Source of the DNA: Alphaproteobacteria bacterium
GTDB lineage: Bacteria > Pseudomonadota > Alphaproteobacteria > M2410
Direction: 5' to 3'
NCBI GenBank assembly: GCA_006226305.1
Contig: SBHG01000173.1
Span: forward strand, 1-45,860
DNA: 45,860 bases
The notes under the pieces were generated by a model. The model was not told the DNA's origin and did not search any database. It worked only from the letters and a program-made list of their open reading frames with translations. Within the stretch, counting starts at the first letter, position 1; every line of letters begins with the position of its first letter. The position numbers and the translations under genes were made by a program. Shown here piece after piece: positions 19,438 to 28,245 of this stretch.

Positions 19438-20607
19438 TCATGACCCGGTCAGATAGCCAGGTCTTTCAACCTGCAGTTTCGAACCCAGCCACCCCTTGAC
19501 CCAACCCTTGTTGCGTTCAATTTCTGTCGGCACGCATTCGCCGCCATCATAGGTCAGCTGCAAGAGTTCATGCTCCTCCAGCATCAAACTGGCGTCGACC
19601 ATTCTGTCAAACATGCGGCCTGCCCAATGAGCTGATCGCTCTGGAACTTGCGGCAATTCGCCGACACTCTCCAGCAAATTGTCGATCCGGCGTTCCAGAT
19701 GATGGCGCGATCGGGCGGCACCCCAAAGCAGGAGCGTGCTCACGCCCAGTTTTTTGGCCAGAACATCCGCACCGCGATTTTTGCGATGATCAAACTCGAC
19801 CAGGGATTTCGGGATCGGTCCAAGCCAGACCTTCCCCTGAGCATTCATCCAGTTCATGCCCCACTGCCCAAACCGCGCATGCCAATAGTGGTCGACAAAG
19901 GCCTTGTTTTCCTTGTCGGGGTGGACAGCAACAGTTCGCGCGACGTCCAGCACACGATCGCCAAAAATAGAAATTCCATCGGCCGCCCAGCTTCCTCTCT
20001 GCGGATCAAAGGCCGGAAAATTCAGAACATCAAATCGAATGCGGCAAAGGGCTTCAATTTCCTTTGCCAATTTATCCCGAAAGGCCGCACGCTCTGCCCC
20101 CCAGCGTGTCATGTTCTTGTACCGCATGACGGCACTTGATGAGATCGTAATGGATTCCATCGCCGGCCCGCGGGTTTTACTTAATGCCCCCGGCTCGCAA
20201 AGCTGTGCCAAAAACACGATAAGCGTATCAACGGTGAGAGGTGAAAAATGTTCAACAACAGCCCACTGATCGTCAAGCCCATCACGCCCGCCCGGCAGGT
20301 CAACATAAATGATCACCTGCCCGCTCTTTTTACCGATGTGCCGATAGGTCAGCCGCCCGGTCTCGTCGACGGCCCACCCCCCCTGAAGTTGGCGAGCATG
20401 CTCGCCGCCTTTAAAGAGCGCAGCAATTACCGCCGCAATAACCGGATTATTGGGGATGCGTCCGATCTTTTCAGGAAAGGCATTTGCAAGCCCCCGATCC
20501 AGACGCTTCAACCGTTTCAGGTCTTGCGATTCTTCTGTACGAATGAGAGGAGACATTGGATTGGTCTCCAGCTGCCCTGTCTCTCTCTCCGTTGACACTC
20601 GTTTCAT
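19438..20607 (-). CDS. hypothetical 389-aa protein, possibly replication-initiator-like winged-helix
   Basis: Long soluble ORF with AGGAGA/GAGG upstream and its own sigma70-like promoter; shares motifs with the neighbouring ORF 20851-21648. The fold is inferred. Confidence 0.75.
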   Translation of the reverse strand: MKRVSTERETGQLETNPMSPLIRTEESQDLKRLKRLDRGLANAFPEKIGRIPNNPVIAAVIAALFKGGEHARQLQGGWAVDETGRLTYRHIGKKSGQVIIYVDLPGGRDGLDDQWAVVEHFSPLTVDTLIVFLAQLCEPGALSKTRGPAMESITISSSAVMRYKNMTRWGAERAAFRDKLAKEIEALCRIRFDVLNFPAFDPQRGSWAADGISIFGDRVLDVARTVAVHPDKENKAFVDHYWHARFGQWGMNWMNAQGKVWLGPIPKSLVEFDHRKNRGADVLAKKLGVSTLLLWGAARSRHHLERRIDNLLESVGELPQVPERSAHWAGRMFDRMVDASLMLEEHELLQLTYDGGECVPTEIERNKGWVKGWLGSKLQVERPGYLTGS

Positions 20608-20713
20608 CTAGCCACGCGCCTCTCCAACACAGGCGAATAAATCCGTCGCGACAACAGGCCGCACACGGACAAAGCTTGTGACCCCTTCAGATGACCCTTT
20701 ATCAGTCAAAGAG

Positions 20714-20755
20714 AATCTATGAGCGACGTTACTAAAGTGTCAACATCCGGGATGT
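20714..20755 (-). promoter_or_regulatory. sigma70-like promoter of the 389-aa gene with adjacent palindrome
   Basis: Minus strand TTGACA (20743-20738), 18 nt spacer, TAGATT (20719-20714). GANTC at 20713-20717 overlaps the -10 box. Palindrome ACATCC-G-GGATGT at 20743-20755 abuts the -35 box. Confidence 0.6.
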
Positions 20756-20850
20756 GAAATTAACCAATAACAACATGAAATCAGCGTTCTAGGAGGGACC
20801 CGTGACAAAACGCCGCCTGATCTGGGGTATTAAAGAACGCCAAGCAATAA

Positions 20851-21648
20851 TTAGTGGCGTGTCGGCGCCTCCAAAGGCAGGTTAGAATTAGAATGTGTCC
20901 GGACATCTAACAGGTCTTCAAAGTGTTGGACCGACAGTCGGTCCGCCGGACAGATAATAAGCTCTGCTTGTTCCAAGAGGTGAATGGCCTCCAGCCAAAC
21001 TCTAGGATCGGCTTGAATGTCAGAATGCTTGATCACCATATCCCGGAGCACAGGTTGCACAACCAGCGGCATCTGAAATGCTGTCTGACTCTCCGCCATC
21101 TTCGCCAGAATAAGTTTCGCAGAGGAGGCAACTTCTTCTGTCGATGCTGAATACAAGGCAACAATTGACCGCGCAATAAAGGACCGCTCCAGATCATTGA
21201 GTTGCCAATGAGACCACAACCCCATCCGAACCCACCAGGCTGCGCGAACAAGCCGGTTGCCATAAATCTGTGTACGGATGATATCAAGAATCGGGATCCC
21301 GGCATCATCACTTGTTACCAGCGACGAACCCTGCCGTCTCAAAACGGCAGGCTCGAGGCGCAATTTCTCCAAGAGGGCCCTAAGGCGTGCTGCCGGCATG
21401 AACGGCAAATATTCCTTCAGGTCGCCCACTGTTACAGGCAGGGGTGTCGCAAAGGGGTCTTGCCGCCCTGCCGCTTCGGCCCGCGCCAGCGTGAGCTTCA
21501 TCAGGGCGACCAAAACCGCAGCCTCGCCTTCCGGCATCGCCGCGATGGCCTCTGTGAGCTGACCCAGAAGCCGCGCGCGGTAAGGCACCTGTAATTTATT
21601 GAGTCTTGGCAGGGTCAATTGGGCACACCCATCCGTCGGCGCACGCAA
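20851..21648 (-). CDS. hypothetical protein, shorter divergent paralog of the 389-aa protein
   Basis: 265-aa ORF with uncertain start (TTG 21648, TTG 21618 or GTG 21588; an in-frame TAA lies just upstream). Motif blocks are collinear with 19438-20607. Confidence 0.62.
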   Translation of the reverse strand: MRAPTDGCAQLTLPRLNKLQVPYRARLLGQLTEAIAAMPEGEAAVLVALMKLTLARAEAAGRQDPFATPLPVTVGDLKEYLPFMPAARLRALLEKLRLEPAVLRRQGSSLVTSDDAGIPILDIIRTQIYGNRLVRAAWWVRMGLWSHWQLNDLERSFIARSIVALYSASTEEVASSAKLILAKMAESQTAFQMPLVVQPVLRDMVIKHSDIQADPRVWLEAIHLLEQAELIICPADRLSVQHFEDLLDVRTHSNSNLPLEAPTRH

Positions 21649-22018
21649 GCGTGTCGCCTGTTAATAAAATCGGGGTGCTCAAATTCTGTTACCACAGACC
21701 CTTTTTCATAATCTGAAAAAAGAGCCGTTCTGGTTATCTTCTTATCTGCGATGTCCAAGCTGTTTCAAAATGACACCAAATCAAGGCCTTATGGTAAAAC
21801 CGCGGCTAAATGCTGACGGATTAAGCAGGAAATACTGCCAGCTAACGGAGTTTTTGATGCCCACATACGGGGGTTTAGCCAAACCCAGGCGCCTAACCGC
21901 CCTAAACCATTCCCCCTTTACCATAATCGTTAATAATTGGCAGTTTTCCGCGATTTCTACGGGAGGCGTCACAATAACCCCCGCAACACGGCACCAAATC
22001 CTGCGCGATTTGGAAGGA

Positions 22019-22034
22019 TTAATTTTTCCTTAAC
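22019..22034 (+). promoter_or_regulatory. CtrA box (TTAA-N7-TTAAC)
   Basis: ttaa tttttcc ttaac, exact consensus, upstream of flp. Confidence 0.85.
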
Positions 22035-22049
22035 AGCTAAGTCTCTGTT

Positions 22050-22065
22050 TTAACGAAGTTTTAAC
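22050..22065 (+). promoter_or_regulatory. CtrA box (TTAA-N7-TTAAC)
   Basis: ttaa cgaagtt ttaac, exact consensus, 31 bp from the first box. Confidence 0.85.
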
Positions 22066-22283
22066 GTTTACCAATACCACCGACAAGAGATATGAGACCC
22101 TCCAAAACCCGCAAATTCCCAATTTTGCCTCTGCTATAGTGCCTGGGTCAGTATCCAGTGATGGGGTGTTACGGTGGTTCTGACGTGGGTAAATGGGCTG
22201 ATCGGCGGGGGGAATTTTCCTGACATTCCGGCAGACCATTTGAACTAGTCACTCTCAAGATTTTGAATATGGGAGATTATCAA

Positions 22284-22478
22284 ATGTTGAAACTTTACGT
22301 AGCGGCTCAACGTCGGTTCCATGATCTGAAGGAAAAGACTGAAGGCGCCACCATGATCGAATACTCGCTTCTGATCGGCCTCATTACGGTTGCCGTCATT
22401 GCTGCGATTATTTTCGTCGGTACGTGGGTAAGTGGTCGTTGGACAGCACTTCAGACCGCTCTGACACCGGCTCCATAA
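22284..22478 (+). CDS. flp: Flp/PilA type IVc (Tad) prepilin
   Basis: Leader ending EG|ATMIEYSLL (Flp E5-Y6 motif), hydrophobic helix, 64 aa, GGGAG RBS. Confidence 0.95.
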   Translation: MLKLYVAAQRRFHDLKEKTEGATMIEYSLLIGLITVAVIAAIIFVGTWVSGRWTALQTALTPAP

Positions 22479-22515
22479 ACTTCGGACGGCCTTTTTCCCA
22501 AAGGCAAGAATACCT

Positions 22516-22558
22516 CGGTGTCTTGGGGTCGTCAGATTCCAAGACACCGTTCCTTTCT
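22516..22558 (+). terminator. stem-loop with weak U-tract between flp and cpaB
   Basis: CGGTGTCTTGG (22516-26) pairs with CCAAGACACCG (22539-49), extendable to a GTCA tetraloop, followed by TTCCTTTCT. Confidence 0.65.
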
Positions 22559-22580
22559 AGAATTTTTAGGAGCAGCTGCA

Positions 22581-23444
22581 ATGCGATCGACCGGGATTTT
22601 AATGCTCATCGTGGCAATAGTTGTTGGCGGCATCACCGCCTGGTTGGTAATGAATTTCTTGCAAAACCAGGCCCAGCCGGTGGCCCAGCCGCAGGCATCA
22701 ACGACGATCGCGCAAACAACTGTTGTGGTTGCAGCCACCAAGCTTTCCTTTGGCGACAACCTGACACGGGACAATCTGAAAGAAGTTTCCTGGCCCACGA
22801 ACAACGTGCCGCCTGGCTCTTTTAAGACCATCAATGAAATTCTTGACGGCGCGGACCGCCGCGTGGCCCTTCAGAATATGGAGCCCAATGAAATGGTCCT
22901 GCACAGCCGTGTTTCCGGATTTGGCGGACGGGCGACCCTGTCGCAAGTCATCAGCGACGGCATGCGCGCCACAACAATCCGCGTTAACGACGTCAATGGC
23001 GTCGCTGGATTTGTTTTACCGGGCGACCGGGTCGACATCATGCTGACACGCAATACAAAAACCGGATCAGCAGCACGCGATTCCATGGTCACCGACGTTA
23101 TCATCCAGAACTTACGTGTCCTGGGCGTTGACCAGATTTCCAACGAAGACACCTCCGAACCGGTGGTACCAAAGGCGGTGACCCTGGAGGTCTCCCCGGA
23201 AGATGCACAAAAGCTCTCCCTGGCCGCCTCAATCGGAACTTTGACTTTGTCTTTGCGCAACTACGTAAGCGCGGGAACCGAAGAAGCAACCCGGTACAAA
23301 ACCATCAGCGTCAATGACCTCAGACCCGTGGGCGCCAGATCAACCTCGTCGTCGGCTCCGACACCAGCACCGACCTATACCAGTCCCACCGTGCGCGTGA
23401 CGCGCGGGACGACGTCGAGTTCACAAAAAGTGGCGCGAGAATAA
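22581..23444 (+). CDS. cpaB: Flp pilus assembly protein CpaB/RcpC
   Basis: N-terminal TM, SAF-like VVVAA...FG, GMRA...GVAGFVLPGDRVDI and AVTLEVSPEDAQKL; ATG 22581 behind AGGAG. Confidence 0.95.
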   Translation: MRSTGILMLIVAIVVGGITAWLVMNFLQNQAQPVAQPQASTTIAQTTVVVAATKLSFGDNLTRDNLKEVSWPTNNVPPGSFKTINEILDGADRRVALQNMEPNEMVLHSRVSGFGGRATLSQVISDGMRATTIRVNDVNGVAGFVLPGDRVDIMLTRNTKTGSAARDSMVTDVIIQNLRVLGVDQISNEDTSEPVVPKAVTLEVSPEDAQKLSLAASIGTLTLSLRNYVSAGTEEATRYKTISVNDLRPVGARSTSSSAPTPAPTYTSPTVRVTRGTTSSSQKVARE

Positions 23445-23508
23445 ATCAATTCAAGAGATAATCATTCATCGGACACAAGTAGCGACGATCAAGCAAGGGC
23501 AAGGGGCC

Positions 23509-24921
23509 ATGACATCAAAAGATATCAGCACTAAGACACTTTCAAGATGGGGTCGCTTGGCAGCCATGGCCTTAGCGCTTGGCGCGGTGACGGCCTCACC
23601 GCTATCGGCACAGGCTCAACCGACCTCGGGCGCGGCGGTCAGCGTCGATCAGGACGATTCAAGTTATGCGGGTTATGTCACTGTACCGCTCAGCAAGTCA
23701 CGCATCTTGCGCGTCAATTCCTCGGTGCAGGAGCTTTTGATCGGCAACCCGGATGTCGCCGACGTTATGCCCCTGACTAACAAATCTGTTTATGTGCTCG
23801 GCAAGTCGATTGGCTCGACCAGCCTTTCAATCCTTGGCCCAGGCAAGAAATTGATCGCCGTTGTCGATATTCGCGTCTCCCACGACACGCGCAGCCTTAA
23901 ACGCGACCTCTTTGAGATCCTCCCTGATCAGGTGATTGAGGTTAGAGCCGCCAATGATTCCATCATTCTCTCCGGCATGGTCGACTCAAGCGCCGATGCC
24001 TCCCAAGCCGCAGCCATCGCCGAGCGGTATGCCCCCGGTCGGGTATCTAATTTTCTCGGCGTCAGCAACTCGCAGCAAGTGATGCTCTCGGTTCGCTTTG
24101 CCGAGGTTAAGCGCAACCTGGCAAAACAGCTGGGCCTGAGATCTGAAGTCTCCTGGGACAACGGCGGCGGCCACACGGCCGGCATGGTTTCCGGGATCAT
24201 CAATCCCGATGCTTTCGCGACCTTGACGGGCACCAAATTCATCGGTGAGGCCGATGTAGAACTCATGCTGGATGCCCTGGAAGAAAAAGGCATCGTGACT
24301 ACTCTCGCCGAGCCGACCCTGATCGCCAAATCCGGCGAGACCGCCAATTTCCTGGCCGGTGGGGAGTTCCCGGTTCCGGTACCGCGTACGACAAACGGAA
24401 GTGACGAATCCAACAGCATCTCAATCGAATTCAAAGAATATGGGGCTTCCCTGGCTTTCACGCCAACGGTGCTCGGCGACAATATTTCCCTGATCGTCGA
24501 ACCAGAAGTCAGCCAATTGGATTTCCAATCCTCGATTGAGCTGGGTGGCTACCGTGTCCCGGGCCTGACCACGCGCCGCGCAAAGACCTCTGTTGAAATG
24601 AAAAATGGGCAGAGCTTTGCCATCGCCGGTCTTTTGCAGTCCGAGTTCACCGACAAAGTTTCTCAGATTCCGGGTATCGGCGATGTGCCTATTCTCGGCG
24701 CCTTGGCCCGCAGCGCTGAATTTGAGCGAAACGAAACGGAGCTGGTCATCATTATCACCCCGCATTTCGTCAAACCGGTCAATCCAAAGGACCTCAAACT
24801 GCCAACCGACTATGTGGTCAAACCGCACGATCTTGAGTTATTCTTGGCAGGCGTGGTCGAATCAAGCCGACTGAAACACTACGAAGGCATCGACGGTGCC
24901 GTCGGATATATCATCGAGTGA
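23509..24921 (+). CDS. cpaC: Tad secretin CpaC/RcpA
   Basis: Signal peptide, GNPDVADV, QVMLSVRFAEV, LAEPTL..SGETANFLAGGEFPVP and ETELVIIITP. Confidence 0.95.
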   Translation: MTSKDISTKTLSRWGRLAAMALALGAVTASPLSAQAQPTSGAAVSVDQDDSSYAGYVTVPLSKSRILRVNSSVQELLIGNPDVADVMPLTNKSVYVLGKSIGSTSLSILGPGKKLIAVVDIRVSHDTRSLKRDLFEILPDQVIEVRAANDSIILSGMVDSSADASQAAAIAERYAPGRVSNFLGVSNSQQVMLSVRFAEVKRNLAKQLGLRSEVSWDNGGGHTAGMVSGIINPDAFATLTGTKFIGEADVELMLDALEEKGIVTTLAEPTLIAKSGETANFLAGGEFPVPVPRTTNGSDESNSISIEFKEYGASLAFTPTVLGDNISLIVEPEVSQLDFQSSIELGGYRVPGLTTRRAKTSVEMKNGQSFAIAGLLQSEFTDKVSQIPGIGDVPILGALARSAEFERNETELVIIITPHFVKPVNPKDLKLPTDYVVKPHDLELFLAGVVESSRLKHYEGIDGAVGYIIE

Positions 24922-24938
24922 CAAAAGGAGATTTCCCC

Positions 24939-25199
24939 ATGAAATATTTCGCATTGGCAACCCTCCTTCTGTCGACGGCCTTAGGCGGATGCATTGGTCA
25001 CAACGAACCCTTGAACGCGACGTTTGGAGAAGCCCACCGCAATAATATGGCTGCCCAGATTATTGACCCGACGCCATCAGAAGAAGACGTGGTGGCCGAT
25101 GGCAACAACGCCGCCGCCGCTACCGAGCGTTATCAAACCGACAGCGTGAAAGAGCCCAAGGCTCCCAGGAGCTCATCTCTTTCCTCGGGTGGCAACTAA
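24939..25199 (+). CDS. small pilus lipoprotein resembling the C-terminal part of CpaD
   Basis: Lipobox LGGC; FGEAHRNNMAAQIIDP...ATERY; directly after the secretin; ATG 24939 behind AGGAG. Confidence 0.7.
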   Translation: MKYFALATLLLSTALGGCIGHNEPLNATFGEAHRNNMAAQIIDPTPSEEDVVADGNNAAAATERYQTDSVKEPKAPRSSSLSSGGN

Positions 25200-25258
25200 A
25201 CCATTGGGGCCGTCCTGGCACTTTAAGGTGGTCAGGACTGCTCCACACACAAATGAAG

Positions 25259-25298
25259 GGGCGTCTTTGTCGTCAGGGGACGAAGACGCTCTCTGTTT
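25259..25298 (+). terminator. stem-loop after the first tad transcription unit
   Basis: GCGTCTTTGTC (25261-71) pairs with GACGAAGACGC (25279-89) with one G-U pair, followed by TCTCTGTTT. Confidence 0.55.
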
Positions 25299-25385
25299 GA
25301 GTCTCCTCCCCCTGCAAATCACAATGGCCTAATCTCAAGTTTTTAAAAACCGGACAAATAGCAACAACCCAGCCTGAGCACTAAA

Positions 25386-25393
25386 TTAACCAT
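25386..25393 (+). promoter_or_regulatory. CtrA half-site TTAACCAT upstream of cpaE
   Basis: Exact TTAACCAT in the 390-bp gap before cpaE. Confidence 0.6.
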
Positions 25394-25589
25394 AGGAGCG
25401 AACGATTTTGACCCAATCATCACACAGCAGCTTTCCTGGATTTTTCTGCCGGAATGGCGCAAGCCTTGCACAGAAATCTGGCGAAGGGGTGTTTGGATGT
25501 TATTTGGATCAGAACTGAACGAAAAGCTTTGATCAGCGTGGGGCGTGTTCCCACAATGCAACAGGTAAACAGAAGGAACACTTTCGAGG

Positions 25590-26801
25590 ATGTCGCAGGC
25601 GTACAACCTCATAACCATCACCCAATCGGGCGCGACCGCCGGTGCAATTGAAACCGCGGCCAAGTCTTTGGGCGACCTGAGCACGGATGTGCGTCAACGA
25701 CAAAATGGCACACCCATCCTCGAGGTTCTGGGTGAAAACCAGTCCGACATTCTCCTCATTGAGCTGGATTTAAAAGATGCGGGTGCTGTGCGAGAACTTG
25801 AGGGCCTGATCCAGTCCCACCCCGGGCGCGCCACGCTGGTCACTTCGCCTCAGGCAAGCGTCCAGGACATTCGCGCTCTCATGCGTCTCGGGGTTCAGGA
25901 TTATATCCCTCAACCCATTGCCCAGGAGGACCTGGTCACCACGCTCAAAGATACCATCGCGAACATTTCCAAAAGCAAAAATGCCGCCGAGTCCACGGAT
26001 GGAAAGGTGATCACCTTCCTGCATACCTGCGGCGGTGCCGGCGCCACCACTCTGGCTTTACAGCTTGCCGCGGGCCTCCGGGGCAATGGAGAAGCTTCCG
26101 TCGGTCTGCTCGATTACGACCTTCAATTCGGCAATCTGGGTCTGTCCCTCGACCTGGTCCCGACCTCATCTATCCTGGACGTCATGGATTCCGGGTCGCG
26201 CCTTGACCCCTCGCTTCTGCAGACAGCGATGACATCCCATCGTTCGGGTATCAATGTCCTGACCGCACCAAAGGTAATCTACCCTCTTGATGCCATGTCC
26301 GCTTCGGGCGCCGTCTCCATTGTCAAAACCGCGCGTCGAACCTTTAATTTCACAATTATCGATCTGCCGCATACCTGGACCAATTGGACCCAGCCGGTCC
26401 TCAGCGCCTCCGACATGGTCTTTTTGGTTCTCGAGCCCAATGTCACCTCGGTCCACCGTGCTCAAAAGATTATCGACGCCCTGAATAACCTGGATCTTGA
26501 AAACCTGCCCCTTGTACTTGTTGCCAATAAAGCCGAGGGCGGTTTAACCGGACGCCAGCGTGTTTCTGACGCGGCGGAGGCCTTAAAAAAGGACATTCCC
26601 ATCACAATCAGGGCAGACAGCCGGGATATTGAAGAAGCCCGCAACCGCGGCATCCTCCTAAAAGAGCTCAATGATCGCTCGGGCGCCTACAAAGACATGC
26701 AGCAGCTCACGGACAAGGTATTGTTGGAACTGCGCCCGGACCTGCAGACGGCATCGGCCACAAGACCAGATCATCTCTTTACACGCTTTCGCAGGAAATA
26801 G
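25590..26801 (+). CDS. cpaE: pilus assembly protein CpaE/TadZ (atypical receiver + MinD/ParA-like domain)
   Basis: Receiver-like N-terminus (ALMRLGVQDYIPQP), GGAGATTLA, LLDYDLQFG and IIDLP. Confidence 0.92.
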   Translation: MSQAYNLITITQSGATAGAIETAAKSLGDLSTDVRQRQNGTPILEVLGENQSDILLIELDLKDAGAVRELEGLIQSHPGRATLVTSPQASVQDIRALMRLGVQDYIPQPIAQEDLVTTLKDTIANISKSKNAAESTDGKVITFLHTCGGAGATTLALQLAAGLRGNGEASVGLLDYDLQFGNLGLSLDLVPTSSILDVMDSGSRLDPSLLQTAMTSHRSGINVLTAPKVIYPLDAMSASGAVSIVKTARRTFNFTIIDLPHTWTNWTQPVLSASDMVFLVLEPNVTSVHRAQKIIDALNNLDLENLPLVLVANKAEGGLTGRQRVSDAAEALKKDIPITIRADSRDIEEARNRGILLKELNDRSGAYKDMQQLTDKVLLELRPDLQTASATRPDHLFTRFRRK

Positions 26802-26823
26802 GTTGGCAAGGAGTACTTAAGCC

Positions 26824-28245
26824 ATGGCATCAGACCAGATCAAAGGACCCGAAAAGAAGGAAAAGGGCTTTCGCAGCTTTTTCTCCTCATCGGAAGGACC
26901 GGATTTAGAGGCAGATGTTTCTGAAAAGCCTCACCGAGCTGAGCCAACCCTGCGCGGCCACTCCTTTGAAACCTCTGACAAATATCTTGATCTGAAAGTT
27001 CGCCTCCACCAGGAGGTCATTCAGAACATCAACCTCAGCGCCCTCGACAAGATGACGCATGATGATGTTCAGCTCGAAATCTCCGGCTTGGTGCGATCCA
27101 TGTTGGAATCGGAAAAAGTGCCGATGAACGCTACCGAGCGGAACAAACTCATTGGCGAAGTGGTTGATGAACTTTTAGGTCTTGGCCCCATCGAGCCGCT
27201 CCTCAAAGACCCGACCGTCAATGACATTCTCGTCAACACCTATCAGCAGGTATTTGTCGAACGCAGCGGGATGTTGGAACTTACGGATGTCCAATTCAAG
27301 GACGAGGCGCATTTGCTGCGTATCATCGACAAGATTGTCTCCAATGCCGGGCGGCGCATTGATGAATCCAATCCGAAAGTCGATGCGCGGCTCCCAGACG
27401 GGTCCCGGGTGAATGCCGTTATTCCTCCGGTCGGCGTGGACGGATCCCTCTTGTCGATCCGTAAATTTGCCAAGATCCCGATTGACATCAAAAAGATGAT
27501 CGAGATCGGCTCTTTAACTGAAGAGAACGCCCGCATTCTTGAAGGGATTGTACAAGCCCGGCTCAATGTTTTGATTTCCGGCGGGACCGGGACCGGTAAA
27601 ACGACGTTGCTAAACGCCCTCTCCTCCTTCATTGGCAATCACGAGCGGATCATCACAATTGAGGACGCGGCCGAGCTCCAGCTGCAGCAAACCCATGTTG
27701 CTCGCATGGAAACCCGACCACCCAATATTGAAGGCAAAGGCGAAATCACCCAGCGCGACCTGGTCGTCAACTCCCTTCGGATGCGGCCAGACCGCATCAT
27801 CGTTGGGGAGGTGCGCTCCGGCGAGGCTTTCGACATGCTGCAAGCCATGAACACCGGACATGATGGCTCACTAACCACGGTTCACGCCAACACGCCGCGC
27901 GATGCTCTTGGCCGGATCGAACAAATGATCGGCATGTCCGGGCTCGACCTGCCAACCCGCTCTATGCGGGCGCAAATCGCGTCGGCCATTCAGGTGGTTC
28001 TTCAAATCCGGCGTTTCTCGGACGGCACCCGTAAGCTGGTCAGCATCCAGGAACTGACCGGCATGGAAGGCGAAGTGATCACCATGCAGGAAATCTTCCG
28101 ATTTGAGCAGACGGGCGTCGATGCCGACGGAAAAGTGATGGGAGAGTTTGTTGCCACAGGACTGCGTCCGCACTTTTACGACAAGTTTCATGCCATGGGT
28201 ATTCCTGTCCCTGAAGATATTTTGGGAGGGCGCAAAAGAAGATGA
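26824..28245 (+). CDS. cpaF: Tad pilus ATPase CpaF/TadA
   Basis: [11 protein letters not shown], Walker [24 protein letters not shown] and [16 protein letters not shown]. Confidence 0.97.
   Translation: MASDQIKGPEKKEKGFRSFFSSSEGPDLEADVSEKPHRAEPTLRGHSFETSDKYLDLKVRLHQEVIQNINLSALDKMTHDDVQLEISGLVRSMLESEKVPMNATERNKLIGEVVDELLGLGPIEPLLKDPTVNDILVNTYQQVFVERSGMLELTDVQFKDEAHLLRIIDKIVSNAGRRIDESNPKVDARLPDGSRVNAVIPPVGVDGSLLSIRKFAKIPIDIKKMIEIGSLTEENARILEGIVQARLNVLISGGTGTGKTTLLNALSSFIGNHERIITIEDAAELQLQQTHVARMETRPPNIEGKGEITQRDLVVNSLRMRPDRIIVGEVRSGEAFDMLQAMNTGHDGSLTTVHANTPRDALGRIEQMIGMSGLDLPTRSMRAQIASAIQVVLQIRRFSDGTRKLVSIQELTGMEGEVITMQEIFRFEQTGVDADGKVMGEFVATGLRPHFYDKFHAMGIPVPEDILGGRKRR

Noticed and set aside
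21770-22239. Short ORFs in the flp upstream region
   Set aside because: No convincing RBS or motifs, and they overlap AT-rich regulatory sites.
21650-22280. Iteron-type replication origin for the Rep-like proteins
   Set aside because: No array of 17-22-bp direct repeats and no clear DnaA box seen; the repeats present are explained as CtrA-like sites.
22489-22505. Small hairpin after flp whose TTTCCCA could pair with the flp RBS (TGGGAGA)
   Set aside because: Only 7 bp including a G-U pair, partly buried in the stem; too short to distinguish from chance.
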